IMG/VR virus record: IMGVR_UViG_3300021508_000029 | Span: 1 to 61,503 of that record | Length of the DNA stretch: 61,503 bases | Reading direction: 5' to 3' (one strand) | DNA from: a virus | Lineage: Duplodnaviria; Caudoviricetes | Shown here: piece by piece, positions 27,001-37,553 of the stretch | How positions within the stretch are numbered: the first letter of the stretch is position 1 | How the letters are laid out: every line of letters starts with the position of its first letter | Program-made: the position numbers and the translations under genes | Notes under the pieces: generated by a model | Database searches by the model: none | What the model saw: only the letters and a program-made list of their open reading frames with translations | Told to the model about the DNA's origin: nothing

Positions 27001-30000
27001 TTATCTGCCAAGTTCGCCAAGTCGCCTTTAATATCTCCGGCTTTACTTTGTAGCTTGTTAATTATCTCTACATCATCCTCGTTAAAAATAACATAGTTAT
27101 AATTGCCTTCTCCTGCTTTCCTACTTGAACTGTCTAAATATTTATTACCTCGAATACCTATTTCCAATAGCTCATTAGATACTCGTCTTTGGCTATCTGA
27201 TTTATCTATAAGCCAACCATCTAAATTTTTAACTGCATAAAACTTACTTAATTCATTATAGAACTTATTCCCTGTCATCTCGTCCGTAATATACGAGCCC
27301 ATACCTGAATTAATAATAGCATTTTTAACATAATCTGATTGTTCAGTTAATGGCTTAGTCCAATCAAGATATTGATCCTGTTCCGGCTTAAGGTCTACTT
27401 CATAAAGATTACCTTTAGTTCCATCTTCCTTTAACTTATCTCTATACCATTGTCCAACACCTTTATCATCTGCAAAATATAAACCATGTCCTTGAGCTTG
27501 AGCACCTTCACCTGTGCCAATTTTTTCCATCAAAAACTTATCAATATCATGAGGTGTACCGTGAAAGGCTCTACTAAATAACTTCTGTTCATCACCTACA
27601 AAGTCTATAAATTGTTTACTTACTCTACCTTCAAGCCCTTGAGTTAAACCCCTATACAATAACCTTTCAATTTCATTTGCTTTCTTAGGGTCATTTACTA
27701 ATTGTTCAGCCTCCCTTAGCACATTCATACCTTGTGCATTAACATCTGAAATAGTTTTTGCCAGTTTTCTAGCTTGGTTAAGTATTGGAAAGTCAACAAG
27801 ATTGGTTGAAGCTTCAAACCCTCTCCAGCCTTCTTTATCTTGAGCCAACCAATCAAGCTCTTTGAGCAAAGCTGGTTTAAGTGAGTTTATATTTGTATTA
27901 TCTAACTCACTTGATAAATAGATTGTATCTCCTTGAGTATGAGCTTTATCTAATCCCATATATTTAAACTCAACTTTTTGACCCTTTAATTCAGAGTCAT
28001 TATCAAACAATATATTTGACTCCAAAACATCACTAAGCGTTTTTACTTCTCCTTTACTCACTCCTTCTTTAACTTGAATGTCTTGCTCAAGCTTCGATCC
28101 GACTCTAGGCGCACCCAAACGATCAAGCTCCTTAGCCAGGTTCAAACTATTCCCTACAGCCATGTGTGCATATTCAACTGCAAGTTCGGGTGTAAGTTGG
28201 AAATCAATCCCAACTGCTCTAGCCGCTCGACCAATTGAAGTCTCCCTAAACTTAGCTTTAAGTGTATCAGTCATTCTACGAGATAACCCGCTCTGCTGGT
28301 TTGATTCTTGAGAGAGCTGGATATACCAAGCAGCCAGTTCTTCCTTAGCTTGAAAATTAAGCTTATTAGGAACTTTCTCTTTTCCAAATAATTTTTCTTT
28401 AGCCGCTTGTGCAACCTTATTTCCTGCCTCAGCTTGCTTAAGTATATCCTTATTAAACCCTTCTAGTTTCCCGCCCAGAAGTCGATCAAGCCCTGAGTGA
28501 GAACTCTCATGCAAAATAACACTCGCAACATTATCACCTTCGACTTGTGAGCCACCATAGATATTAAAAACTCCTCTATTTAAATCAAACTCTCCTTGTG
28601 CATTATCAGTACTTGCTTCGTTAGTAAAATTTAAAATCCCTGCTTGTTCAAGCTTATCTACAGTTTTTGGGTCTATAAACTTCCTTGCTTCCTCACGCAT
28701 CTGGTCGCTGGTTTTAGCTACAAGGTTTACATCTTTACCTTCAAACCTAGATTGTGTTCCACCTTCTGAGGCTAGGAAATCTAAATCAAGATCTTTACCT
28801 TTAACCTGTTTTTCTTGCCACAGTCCTTCAGAATCTTTAAACCATTTAGGATTATCAACTAAACCTCGGGCTAGTGCTTGCCCTTCAGTTAGCTCAAGCC
28901 CGGTTTGTTTTTTCCCTTGTGGGTTTGTTTTAATAATCCACCCATTATCTTTCTCAACCACCTCAGCATTAGCAAGACCTTCCCTGCCCATAGCAGCTTC
29001 AGCAGCACGAGGTGATTTAAACACTTCTGTATCTTTTTCCGTAGTTACTGTCCCTTCCACAAACGAACCTTGGCCTTTACGCTCAGCTTCTAATCTAGAT
29101 TCTGTTTCTAAGTTAACCTCTTGTTTTTTACGTACAGTATTACCTTTATTATCTTGACCATAAGTAATTGCCTCTTCCTTAATCTCGTCTTGCTTTTCAA
29201 ATAATTCTGCATTAGTATCATCTAAATATACTAACTCACCTTTGTCTCTAGTATATTGATAATCATCTACATCCTGATAAATAATTTCTCCTTGTTTATT
29301 TTTACCTACCTCAACATCAGCCTCTGCTACTTTAGTTAAGGGTTCCACAACATCTGGCTCTATAGCTTTAGGCTGTGTAATAATAGGCTCGACAACAGGA
29401 TCAACAACCGAACTGGCTTCCTCTATAATTTCTGGTTCGGCTACAGATTCTTGTTGGTTAATTACTTCTTCAGGCTTTTTACCTACAACCTGTTTTAGAT
29501 CTATATCTGATTTTGGTTCTTGCTTCGGGCTAGCTAAGGTCCCAAGTCCACCTCCAGCTACTCCACCAACTAGCCCACCAGCAACTATTGCATTTTGAAC
29601 CTGACTCCAATCCTCGTCACTCAAGTCCGCAAACATTGGATCTTCTTTAGCCCAGCGTACTCCAGCAATATTAACTAACTGCTGCATCCCTTCTGTAAGC
29701 CCTTCAACTCCAGCACCCAAACTACCTGCCTTAGCAGCTCGACCACTAAGCTCTAGAGCCAAATTGCGTAAAATTTTATCTCCTTTAATAACCTTTCGTA
29801 TACTCTTTTTAGCTACATCTCCAGCACCAAGGCTCTTGGCCACCTTATAAAGTGGAAGAAATTCTAATGCACCGCTTAATCCGCCTATCCCGGTAGCCGC
29901 CCATTTAGCCCTTTCAGGATCAGCACCTTCTTCGATTGCTTCTCCGAAAGCTGCTCCGCCCTCATACCCCGCACCCGTTGCAAAACCACCTACAACTTCA

Positions 30001-30551
30001 CCACGTGTAAGTATTTTCTTAACTTCAGCTGTAGCCTTATCTTTAACCCCTTGAGTTACTTGCCGACCAACAAGATTCTTACCTACCTCAGTTCCTAAAA
30101 TATCTTTAGTAGCTGAACCTATTGCTTTTTTAGCTACCTGTCTACCAACAATACCACCAACACCTAAAGCTGCTAAGTTTGGAAGCCCCTTACCCAATTG
30201 ATAACCTACAAAGTCACCGACACTTCCAGTCTCTCCTATGTCTTCAAACTTAGAAACCTTTGGAGCTTGTTGCCCAAAAGTAGCTTCCTCCATATTCCTT
30301 TTATAAACATCTAACCCATATTCGCTTGCTGGTTCAAGATACTTCTCCCCAAAGTTATCAGGAGTTACTGACTTTAAATGTTGTGCTCCTAGTGCAAGTA
30401 GTCCACCACCTATTGCTTGGCTTTCATCTCCAAACGCACGAACACCTTTACCGAATTCAGACATCTCAGGACGTAAGTCCACCTTCCTATTCGGGTCATA
30501 AGGTTCATTTGCATATTTATCATAGGGATTAAGTGCTAGTTGGTTAGCCAT
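24096..30551 (-). CDS. Large polyvalent internal virion/ejection protein (zincin peptidase-like, ART-like and LPD38-like domains)
   Basis: Gly/Ala-rich N-terminus; VILHESSHSGL (HExxH); AFHGTPH...IGTGEGAQAQGHGLYFA...NYVIF; C-terminal WDKIPVYEKERN...KIPAP...ENKNFAGNP. Confidence 0.8.
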   Translation of the reverse strand: MANQLALNPYDKYANEPYDPNRKVDLRPEMSEFGKGVRAFGDESQAIGGGLLALGAQHLKSVTPDNFGEKYLEPASEYGLDVYKRNMEEATFGQQAPKVSKFEDIGETGSVGDFVGYQLGKGLPNLAALGVGGIVGRQVAKKAIGSATKDILGTEVGKNLVGRQVTQGVKDKATAEVKKILTRGEVVGGFATGAGYEGGAAFGEAIEEGADPERAKWAATGIGGLSGALEFLPLYKVAKSLGAGDVAKKSIRKVIKGDKILRNLALELSGRAAKAGSLGAGVEGLTEGMQQLVNIAGVRWAKEDPMFADLSDEDWSQVQNAIVAGGLVGGVAGGGLGTLASPKQEPKSDIDLKQVVGKKPEEVINQQESVAEPEIIEEASSVVDPVVEPIITQPKAIEPDVVEPLTKVAEADVEVGKNKQGEIIYQDVDDYQYTRDKGELVYLDDTNAELFEKQDEIKEEAITYGQDNKGNTVRKKQEVNLETESRLEAERKGQGSFVEGTVTTEKDTEVFKSPRAAEAAMGREGLANAEVVEKDNGWIIKTNPQGKKQTGLELTEGQALARGLVDNPKWFKDSEGLWQEKQVKGKDLDLDFLASEGGTQSRFEGKDVNLVAKTSDQMREEARKFIDPKTVDKLEQAGILNFTNEASTDNAQGEFDLNRGVFNIYGGSQVEGDNVASVILHESSHSGLDRLLGGKLEGFNKDILKQAEAGNKVAQAAKEKLFGKEKVPNKLNFQAKEELAAWYIQLSQESNQQSGLSRRMTDTLKAKFRETSIGRAARAVGIDFQLTPELAVEYAHMAVGNSLNLAKELDRLGAPRVGSKLEQDIQVKEGVSKGEVKTLSDVLESNILFDNDSELKGQKVEFKYMGLDKAHTQGDTIYLSSELDNTNINSLKPALLKELDWLAQDKEGWRGFEASTNLVDFPILNQARKLAKTISDVNAQGMNVLREAEQLVNDPKKANEIERLLYRGLTQGLEGRVSKQFIDFVGDEQKLFSRAFHGTPHDIDKFLMEKIGTGEGAQAQGHGLYFADDKGVGQWYRDKLKEDGTKGNLYEVDLKPEQDQYLDWTKPLTEQSDYVKNAIINSGMGSYITDEMTGNKFYNELSKFYAVKNLDGWLIDKSDSQRRVSNELLEIGIRGNKYLDSSSRKAGEGNYNYVIFNEDDVEIINKLQSKAGDIKGDLANLADNLYVDKQALKPIIGTTDLSDSLQSTIFDSPDDFRRAMYAKEDNPREQYELGTFQTWYVKFIDSFATIEKKDEGIKDVFDLAESKRATKIDEINRRFVEPLVKLVDESGIKLEEVNDWIAARSIFLDNANLDMSERASHEFINRLLPRLTKEKQDEVKEKRDKILEGKDNKEAQIRMYALMEEYFQHERIEEGKDETSISSEWQLFKQHASGMFIKGEGLVNTANAPDAEEIYNRHLNNTKIDEIATVFDQLTKHQLDLLEEGGNITQAEQLAMIKDKPHYAPLRREAFDYEKTFDFLNQKGFGPSKGISVRYGSANASKPVHVIQNTLARAHAAAATAQKNLANNFLYEQIKENELNWKEWFTVGNDTTQAATDELGFVKKKKTSNLNPTDIRLIRKGKRLIISPIEQNERATVFAAAVNKLGAQQHGSVSKVFGWVNSIVRFTAVSASPAFLMANLIRDPLTAVYNMQASEAESHTKEIIGSYGKTFKALMDVYWKGNRDPANLNVQMVERWEKAGGRISFVESLREMDTSIKSFDAKVKIEGTPGVKTIVKMANNIEKANIIVENIMRLATFEALYKEVGDVKAARIAKDLTTNFTRKGFNSSSMGMFYLFFNATVQGNAQVIKNMMKSKKLVGMVAGTIAMSATFDALGRAIGDDDEEGVSEWDKIPVYEKERNIILPIKIGGEFVKIPAPWVYNVVWRMGGMLSENAAGIRTAADTGVDTITMLLNTFNPLGGGSFAQGISPTALDPIIQVVENKNFAGNPLRPINFPGAGSKPDAELAWRNTPEIYKGLSRTLNEATGGDIAHSGWADISPSTFQNTVNFFGAGLLKFMTSVSGLPSTLSEDEIKTKNIPILSQFAAVPSDRMNTQKYYDRVKEVASAEKAIKEYGRGETKDLDKQKKAKEEYKEVLRMSSQVKDTERQLRSLRVRLNAARARGDDKTEKTLEERISSVRRRFNGVWNKRVRD

Positions 30552-30562
30552 TGGTAGTCCTT

Positions 30563-30600
30563 CATATGTACGATTGGTTTAAATCAATTTGTATTTACGT
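30563..30600. repeat. Dispersed palindromic element, copy 5 (TTGGTTTAAATCAA at 30574-30587)
   Basis: Just upstream of the polyvalent gene RBS. Confidence 0.85.
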
Positions 30601-30810
30601 TTTCTTATTAATTTTAACAAGCTCACGTAAGGGCACCTGCCCAGTTTCTCTCGGTATCTTTCTTTGTTGCCCGTGTCCACGAGCAATAGCACCTGTATTC
30701 ATAGCTTCTGAAGATGAACGGGTATCCCCTCCAGTTACTAGCATCGGTGCTTTTGCATAAGTCTTATTAAACTTGTCAACAAGAGATCTAGCTTTATCTA
30801 GATTGTTCAT
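30595..30810 (-). CDS. Hypothetical protein
   Basis: AGGA RBS; overlaps the upstream gene. Confidence 0.55.
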   Translation of the reverse strand: MNNLDKARSLVDKFNKTYAKAPMLVTGGDTRSSSEAMNTGAIARGHGQQRKIPRETGQVPLRELVKINKKT

Positions 30811-31909
30811 GTCTAATCCTATTCTTTAAAAGACTTATAATTTCTGGAGAATTTTTACTAAAATCAGCATCTGGATTATCTGATTTTAACTTAGTAAGTT
30901 CTTCAGTTAATAAAGATTGAATATCCGTAAAAGGTATGCCAGTTGCACTTGCTTGATCATATACTTCTTGACCCACCTCTGGAGATAGTCCAGGAAAACC
31001 CCTTAAACTAAAATCTTGACTAAATTCTTTACCTTGCTTTTGTGCAGCTATTTGGTCACTTAAACTAGGTCCTTTTACTTCTTCAGCCCTTTTTATATTA
31101 TTTACGTTTCTACCCCTCGCAATAGGTCTAGGTCTAGTAGGAGCCTTATTAGAACTAAACTGACTTTGAGGTACTTGTTGTTCGCTAGTATATTTCTTAT
31201 CAAATGCACGCTCAAATGCAGAACCCCCACCGATACCTACACCCTTACCCGGACGTGCTATAGTATTAGCAGCTCCAAACGTGGGGTTAGCGCCTGAGCT
31301 AAATTTACCTTGCTCAGAGTCCTCTATAAACTGCATACGTCTTGCTTGGATGGCCTCAGCTTCTGCTCGTCTTTTCTGCATCCGTGGATCATTATCTGAA
31401 ATATACCCACTTTGCTTTAAATAAGAGTTAATATTACTATCATTAAATTCACCATCTTCAGTATAAGTTGATCTCGCTAGCTCACGATCTTTACCTATCG
31501 TATCAGCCCCAGTAGGTAATTCTTGCTCTGATTGTGGTCTTGTAGGTGAAGGTATTACCTCTTGCCCCTCAGGTGTTTGTTCAGGTCTTATAGGTAATTG
31601 CTTAGCTTGAGCTGCTTGGTATTTACTAGATGGTAATTCAAGATTAGAAGATTGAATTAAACTAGCAGGAGGTACGAAGTCTTGGGGTTCTCTTCCACTA
31701 AAAGCATCAGCTACCATTCCAGCACCTTGACCTAATACTTGTTGACCAAATTGAAAAGGTAATGCTTTTTTATTTATAAATTTTCTTGCAAAATCGCCTG
31801 CTGTATTAGCAACGCCTACAGCAGTATCTGCTGCCTTAATTGAAGTTGGTAATTCTCGAAGTGGCAATTTATCCTCTTTAATTTTACTTGTGCGTAATGA
31901 AATTCCCAT
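30794..31909 (-). CDS. Putative internal virion protein
   Basis: Q/G/A-rich and low-complexity; precedes the polyvalent gene. Confidence 0.6.
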   Translation of the reverse strand: MGISLRTSKIKEDKLPLRELPTSIKAADTAVGVANTAGDFARKFINKKALPFQFGQQVLGQGAGMVADAFSGREPQDFVPPASLIQSSNLELPSSKYQAAQAKQLPIRPEQTPEGQEVIPSPTRPQSEQELPTGADTIGKDRELARSTYTEDGEFNDSNINSYLKQSGYISDNDPRMQKRRAEAEAIQARRMQFIEDSEQGKFSSGANPTFGAANTIARPGKGVGIGGGSAFERAFDKKYTSEQQVPQSQFSSNKAPTRPRPIARGRNVNNIKRAEEVKGPSLSDQIAAQKQGKEFSQDFSLRGFPGLSPEVGQEVYDQASATGIPFTDIQSLLTEELTKLKSDNPDADFSKNSPEIISLLKNRIRHEQSR

Positions 31910-31935
31910 TATAACATCCTCTTATATTTAATTAT

Positions 31936-33774
31936 TTAAAGTGATCCTGAATTACTTGCACTATCACTCATAGTCATTCCAATATTAACAGCTGCCATTG
32001 CTGAACCTGCATAGGCTCCGTTAATACTAGCTACAGAATCTAGTCCTTGCTGTATAATACCAGCGACTGCCAGGGCATTTTTAGCATTAGTTTGTGCATT
32101 AGCTATATTCACTTGCGTAGTCTGATTCGCCAGTGATACATCAGCCTGGTATTTAGATGCTTGAGCTTGTATACTAATTTTTTCACTTTCCATTCCAGTA
32201 TTATATACTTTTGTCTTACTGTCAAAAACTGAAACTTCACCTTGTAGGTGTTTTAAATCAGAATCTAGTTCAACAATAAAACCCTGTATCCGTGTGTTAT
32301 ACTCTTCCAGCTTAAGCTTATTAATAGATATATCAACTTGCGTATTAATTGACTCAGCATCTACCTGAGTAGCATACGCTTGTACGGTGCTAGCAAACGC
32401 ACTAACATTAGTACCGAATATCTCTGCTTCAATCTTGGCACCTTGCATGGCAGTAGAATACGCATCATATTGAGAGGTTATAGCTTTTATCTTTTCGCTA
32501 AATACTTCCACGTTGCTACGATGTGCGTCTATTTTAGCAGAATCCACTTCAACACCCAACTTAATACCTTGGAGTATTGCGTTATATCGGTCAATCTCAA
32601 TATTCAAAGCTTCAATACGAGACACGTATATTTGAACCTGTTGCTGATTAAGCTCTCCTATAACCTTTTGACCTTCAAGCTCCATCTTATATAATTCTAA
32701 ATCAGCAAGTTCAGCTTTTAACTCAGCTTCAAAAATTTGAATCTCAGCCAAGTACATCTGAACTTGTGCATTATAAAATGAAATGTCTGCATTGAATACA
32801 GATATAGCAAGTTCTGAAGCAAACTTAGTAGCCTCCAGTAATCTTGATACAGTAGCTTGGTGCCATGACCCACGTAAATTTTCTAATGCTATTCCTTGTT
32901 GTACTGCAAATTTTAAATTTTCAATTTCTAAAGTCGATTGTTGAATAGCTATATCCCGTGCACGGCTTACTGCGCTGGATTGTAACTCTTGTCTAACTTC
33001 CTGTACTTGAGCTACCTGTATTCCTTGAGGCAGTTGAAATCCCCGGCTAGACCATTCTTCATTGATTTCAGTAATTTGTTTAATAGCAGCTCTATTTTCT
33101 TTATCATTTTCCTTTGCCCATATCGCTTCCCAAACAATATCAGGTATTCCCGTGCCACCACTAAAATATTTACTTACCTGAACTTCAATCTCACTTAACG
33201 TCTGGGATGTATAAGGATCCTCTTGCCAATTGAAATTAGTACTAGGTTTTGTTAAATTCCCTGCATTAGGCTTAGTTACATTAAGAGTAGGTATAGTTAT
33301 AACAGGAGCCGTGGGTAAGTTTATAGCCCACTCTTTAGGGTCTGCTATAGTCTTCAAAATAGGTGCACCAGGTATGACAACATCTTGAACAATAGGAGCT
33401 TCGCCAGGTTCTTTAGGAAGTACTGGATTAGGTCGTACTGGTAAATTAGGTGCAGTTGCTACAGGTGCAGTTCCCGTAAACTTAGGAATCACTGACTTGT
33501 TGACAGTGTTCAAATTTAAACGCGGTACACTATACCCTGGTGGTGAGAAATTATAAGCCCACACTGGTTTATCATCTGGTACATTATACGTAATATTGCC
33601 TTTAACATTACCTGGTGCAGCTGAACCAGCTGGAAATACAGGCCTATCTTTATTCATATCATATAGTGCAGTACGTGCTTCTGCTATCGCTGTCCAAGCT
33701 CTCGCTTCAAAACTATTTACCGTACCAGGTACTTCTTGTGCCGCGCCTGTTGTTACTACTAAGTTATCACTCAC
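31936..33774 (-). CDS. Virion protein with a Pro-rich region and long coiled coil
   Basis: GGTGIP...AIW...SRGFQLPQG followed by heptad repeats. Confidence 0.65.
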   Translation of the reverse strand: MSDNLVVTTGAAQEVPGTVNSFEARAWTAIAEARTALYDMNKDRPVFPAGSAAPGNVKGNITYNVPDDKPVWAYNFSPPGYSVPRLNLNTVNKSVIPKFTGTAPVATAPNLPVRPNPVLPKEPGEAPIVQDVVIPGAPILKTIADPKEWAINLPTAPVITIPTLNVTKPNAGNLTKPSTNFNWQEDPYTSQTLSEIEVQVSKYFSGGTGIPDIVWEAIWAKENDKENRAAIKQITEINEEWSSRGFQLPQGIQVAQVQEVRQELQSSAVSRARDIAIQQSTLEIENLKFAVQQGIALENLRGSWHQATVSRLLEATKFASELAISVFNADISFYNAQVQMYLAEIQIFEAELKAELADLELYKMELEGQKVIGELNQQQVQIYVSRIEALNIEIDRYNAILQGIKLGVEVDSAKIDAHRSNVEVFSEKIKAITSQYDAYSTAMQGAKIEAEIFGTNVSAFASTVQAYATQVDAESINTQVDISINKLKLEEYNTRIQGFIVELDSDLKHLQGEVSVFDSKTKVYNTGMESEKISIQAQASKYQADVSLANQTTQVNIANAQTNAKNALAVAGIIQQGLDSVASINGAYAGSAMAAVNIGMTMSDSASNSGSL

Positions 33775-33777
33775 TGT

Positions 33778-36417
33778 TTATACTCCTATAAATACATTTC
33801 TGTGGGTACTAGATAGTGTTTGCCCAACAAACCCATCCGGATCTGCTGCATCTGCGCCTGGATCTAAATCAATAATTCCTAGCTGAGTTAAATCATTTTG
33901 AACAATAATATAATGCCATCCATCTTTTAACCAGATCCCGTCCCCTGGAGGCTGTATTGTGCCCGGTTTATAGGCAGCTAGATTTAATGCACTTCGTGAC
34001 GTAATAAGAAAATCTTCATTTACCGAAACAATTGTTACAGATTGAGTATCATATGTTTTTGCCACTTGGTTTAACATGACATCACCAGTGAAAGATAATT
34101 CATAATAGGGTACGTTAAAATGGCCCACCACCTCTGAGGTTACAGCTGCAAACCTTGATACACTAGTAACATATTTATTCTCACTTACATATAACGTTTT
34201 CCCTAAAGCATTATATATAATATCAAGTGCTGATGATCCTGATCCTGTATCGAATAAACAACCTATTTTAAACTTAATGTGCTGATAGGGTACATAATCC
34301 CCAACGATTACACTGCTAATATCATAGCATTCATTTTCAAATATTCCCCCATTATTATAAACTTCAGTCCATATATCAGTAGGTACATATGGGCTAAGTG
34401 CCTGAACAGATGGACTCCATTGAGGATTATTATCTGTAACATTACTGGAATATGTTGTAGGATATGAACCATTACCTTTCAATAATTCACGAACACCTAA
34501 CGATTGACCTATGTACCACACTTTCTGATACAGTGTAAAACTTATAGTTTCTGTGCTTGATATATTAGTTACTGTGTTCCGCATTATTGTATTGGCAGTA
34601 TAAGTATATGAATAATCATATTCTACATGTAAATGCTCAAAAGAATATAACCTGTTCTCAACGTCTACTACAGCAGGTAATATATTATTAATTACTGCGT
34701 TTGATATATCTTTATTATTTTCTTGATCCTTTGTATAGGTATTAAGAGCTGCAGTACCATTATAATCACGCTCCGCTGTATAACTAAATTCTGTATTAAG
34801 TTTACAATTTTGTAATGCTTGTTCATCTATTATTATACCAAATGAATCATAAAATATAATCCTGTAATCACCTAAATTGTTAATAGTAATTTCAGTATAA
34901 CTTGTCATTAAATCAGTCGGGAATAAAGGTGCAGGTTGATGCTGATTTGATACGCCAGTGAATATATCTTCATGGTATGGTGCTGTTCCATATGCTCTTA
35001 GTTTAAATAAATTTCGTACACCCTTATGGTATCCCGCAGTTAATGTAAAATTAATATCGAATGTTTCAGTCTTTAATGTCTTAGCCCCATTTACACCTAA
35101 TATTTTATAACGATCCCTTGTTGAATTAGTTGTTGTAGCGGGAGTTAGTGGATTTCCTGATTTACTTGTATTACGTATAAACGTATCATATATATCTTCA
35201 CCCGGAGCTAAAGGTGTATGTGAAATATTACCTAAAAAAGTTTGTTGAGCTTCTATCTCAGTATATGTAAACACTTCACTGTCTGTAGGGTCTTTCAATG
35301 AGGATCTATCTATAGTCAATTCAATTACTCTTACCACGTTTCCACGTGATCCACGCATAGGTGTATATGTATAATCAAAATCAGGATCGCCTTCTTTTTT
35401 AATTATACTCTGACGTAAAATAAACATCCCCCGAATAATATCAGCATCTTTATCAATATACGTATCCCAATAAACCTGTTGAGTAATACCCATGTATTGA
35501 AGCCATAAAGGGTCACCATTATATGGTATCCCCTTAAAGCTCGATATATCTATTGAAATATTTGCTATCTCAACTGAACCACTAATATCACCGTGAGTAA
35601 AACACTTAGATATTGCTAACCTATGTAACCTTAGTGTAATATGGCTTGGGGATTCTCCAAGTGATACATCATAATCCCATTTAACGTTTTCATCTATAGT
35701 GACTTTATATGTAATAGGTGAATGAAATCTATTCACTGTTACATTGCCTACTATATCTGCTTCAGATGACAGTTTATATTCTAATGAATTCTCAATCTCG
35801 ATTGCACCTATTGAATTTTCCGCATTAGCTAAATTTTGAACAATACTTAAATGTGTGGTATGAGTATAAAGATTAGAAAAATCTATATTATATTTATCAT
35901 ACGCCAAACTCACACTTACATCTTTGTTATTATATAGGGTATAATGTGAATATACAGGCTCGTACGGAACAATATTATTAGGATCTTTTGTATCTAAATA
36001 ATGATATGGGTAAGAAATAAAAGAAGGAATATAAAACCCATCAGTTGCTTCATAGTCATCACTCTGTAAAAATGGTTCAAATTGGATAGGATTAAGCTCA
36101 GTATTAAGTCTATATAAATTAACACCGTTATTTCCTAAATGATGACTATTAGTATTTAAAAAATATATACCAGGAGGTAACATTATACACACTTGCCCGC
36201 CTGGAGCAAATATGCGAGCCATCCACATACCCTCAACTCGAATACCTTCTATCTTACTCCCGTCACTGAAGATATATCTATTTCTAAACTTAGCCTTTGA
36301 TTGGGACAGTTGATTCCACATACCTAATAGTGCACGAGCTTTAGGTATTAATTTTTGAGCAGCCTCTGTATTTCCGAATAGTTCAAAACGACTAACTCCC
36401 GTATATCGAGAGGTCAT
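33778..36417 (-). CDS. Large beta-rich putative tail protein
   Basis: 879 aa, Y/T/N-rich, in the tail module. Confidence 0.65.
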   Translation of the reverse strand: MTSRYTGVSRFELFGNTEAAQKLIPKARALLGMWNQLSQSKAKFRNRYIFSDGSKIEGIRVEGMWMARIFAPGGQVCIMLPPGIYFLNTNSHHLGNNGVNLYRLNTELNPIQFEPFLQSDDYEATDGFYIPSFISYPYHYLDTKDPNNIVPYEPVYSHYTLYNNKDVSVSLAYDKYNIDFSNLYTHTTHLSIVQNLANAENSIGAIEIENSLEYKLSSEADIVGNVTVNRFHSPITYKVTIDENVKWDYDVSLGESPSHITLRLHRLAISKCFTHGDISGSVEIANISIDISSFKGIPYNGDPLWLQYMGITQQVYWDTYIDKDADIIRGMFILRQSIIKKEGDPDFDYTYTPMRGSRGNVVRVIELTIDRSSLKDPTDSEVFTYTEIEAQQTFLGNISHTPLAPGEDIYDTFIRNTSKSGNPLTPATTTNSTRDRYKILGVNGAKTLKTETFDINFTLTAGYHKGVRNLFKLRAYGTAPYHEDIFTGVSNQHQPAPLFPTDLMTSYTEITINNLGDYRIIFYDSFGIIIDEQALQNCKLNTEFSYTAERDYNGTAALNTYTKDQENNKDISNAVINNILPAVVDVENRLYSFEHLHVEYDYSYTYTANTIMRNTVTNISSTETISFTLYQKVWYIGQSLGVRELLKGNGSYPTTYSSNVTDNNPQWSPSVQALSPYVPTDIWTEVYNNGGIFENECYDISSVIVGDYVPYQHIKFKIGCLFDTGSGSSALDIIYNALGKTLYVSENKYVTSVSRFAAVTSEVVGHFNVPYYELSFTGDVMLNQVAKTYDTQSVTIVSVNEDFLITSRSALNLAAYKPGTIQPPGDGIWLKDGWHYIIVQNDLTQLGIIDLDPGADAADPDGFVGQTLSSTHRNVFIGV

Positions 36418-37550
36418 TGTATTCTGCGCTTTAGTAAGAGTGGTAGTACTTCCATAGACTCTATATCAAATTTTTCGCCATCAATCTCATTACTTAACTC
36501 AAACTGCCAATATTTAGCCTTTGTTCCTTTAGCTAATTTAACTCTAGCAGTATCTACTGCCCCATTGGTAGCTTTTACCTTATACCAAATTTCTTTTTTT
36601 ATCCCATGATTAGTCGTAATAGTGTTAAGCATTAATTCCCCTGTACTAGTAACACCCAAATACGCATATGGTACTTGCTTATGTAAAGCCGAGCCAAAGT
36701 CTAACAAGCCGGTTTTAATTGACGCTGTAATCTTACCTCCATTATCAGTATCCCCTTCATCTAATAAATACAAACCATCAGAAGCAATCGCATATGGATA
36801 TGAAAACGAGTTAAAATTATAATTAGTATATTCAGATATTCCACCTGATTGAGTATTAAGAACATAAGTAATAAACTGTTCACCATCTATAGCAAGAGCA
36901 CCTAAAAAATTAAGTTTCGCTTCAATTATACTTTTTAATATTGCGTAACTACTTACCTCAGCTTTAAAAGCAATGCTACTATCAAGTAATACAGTGAATG
37001 ATAAACTACCAATATTAGCCGCAAACGCAATATTACTTATTAACTTATTATAGGCTTCTAATTTAGAATTAAGTTCTCCAGACAGGGCCATTGAGCTTAA
37101 GAGAGTTAGAGAAATCCCAGCACTTATAGCATCTACTAATACCAAGGCAGATGCTACTATATTTAAAAATTCACCTGATGGAATAGCTACTGCGTTAAGC
37201 TTGAAACTAGAAGCTATATAATTAATCTTATTCAGAGTACCCTGTACATCTGCCGAATACTTAATTGAGTTGTTAATAAACTCTTCTTTCAAATTATATA
37301 ACGAACTATTCAATAACATTAGTGCATTATTAACAGAGGTTATATGTAAATTTGAATCAACTGAACTATTTAAATTTATAATAGAATACAGCCTTACAAG
37401 GGTATCTATTTCCTCCAAACTTGTATTAAGTAACAAAGTACTACTCACAGTGTCAGTAAAACTATACTGCCCAAGCGCATACTCTTTGTTTATCTGAGCA
37501 TAATCCTGCTGATTAATGAAATTAGTAAATGTTACTTGTTGAATATACAT
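36414..37550 (-). CDS. Putative tail/structural protein
   Basis: C-terminal YTNYNFNSF...IKTGLLDFG...GTKAKYWQF domain. Confidence 0.65.
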   Translation of the reverse strand: MYIQQVTFTNFINQQDYAQINKEYALGQYSFTDTVSSTLLLNTSLEEIDTLVRLYSIINLNSSVDSNLHITSVNNALMLLNSSLYNLKEEFINNSIKYSADVQGTLNKINYIASSFKLNAVAIPSGEFLNIVASALVLVDAISAGISLTLLSSMALSGELNSKLEAYNKLISNIAFAANIGSLSFTVLLDSSIAFKAEVSSYAILKSIIEAKLNFLGALAIDGEQFITYVLNTQSGGISEYTNYNFNSFSYPYAIASDGLYLLDEGDTDNGGKITASIKTGLLDFGSALHKQVPYAYLGVTSTGELMLNTITTNHGIKKEIWYKVKATNGAVDTARVKLAKGTKAKYWQFELSNEIDGEKFDIESMEVLPLLLKRRIQ

Positions 37551-37553
37551 AAC

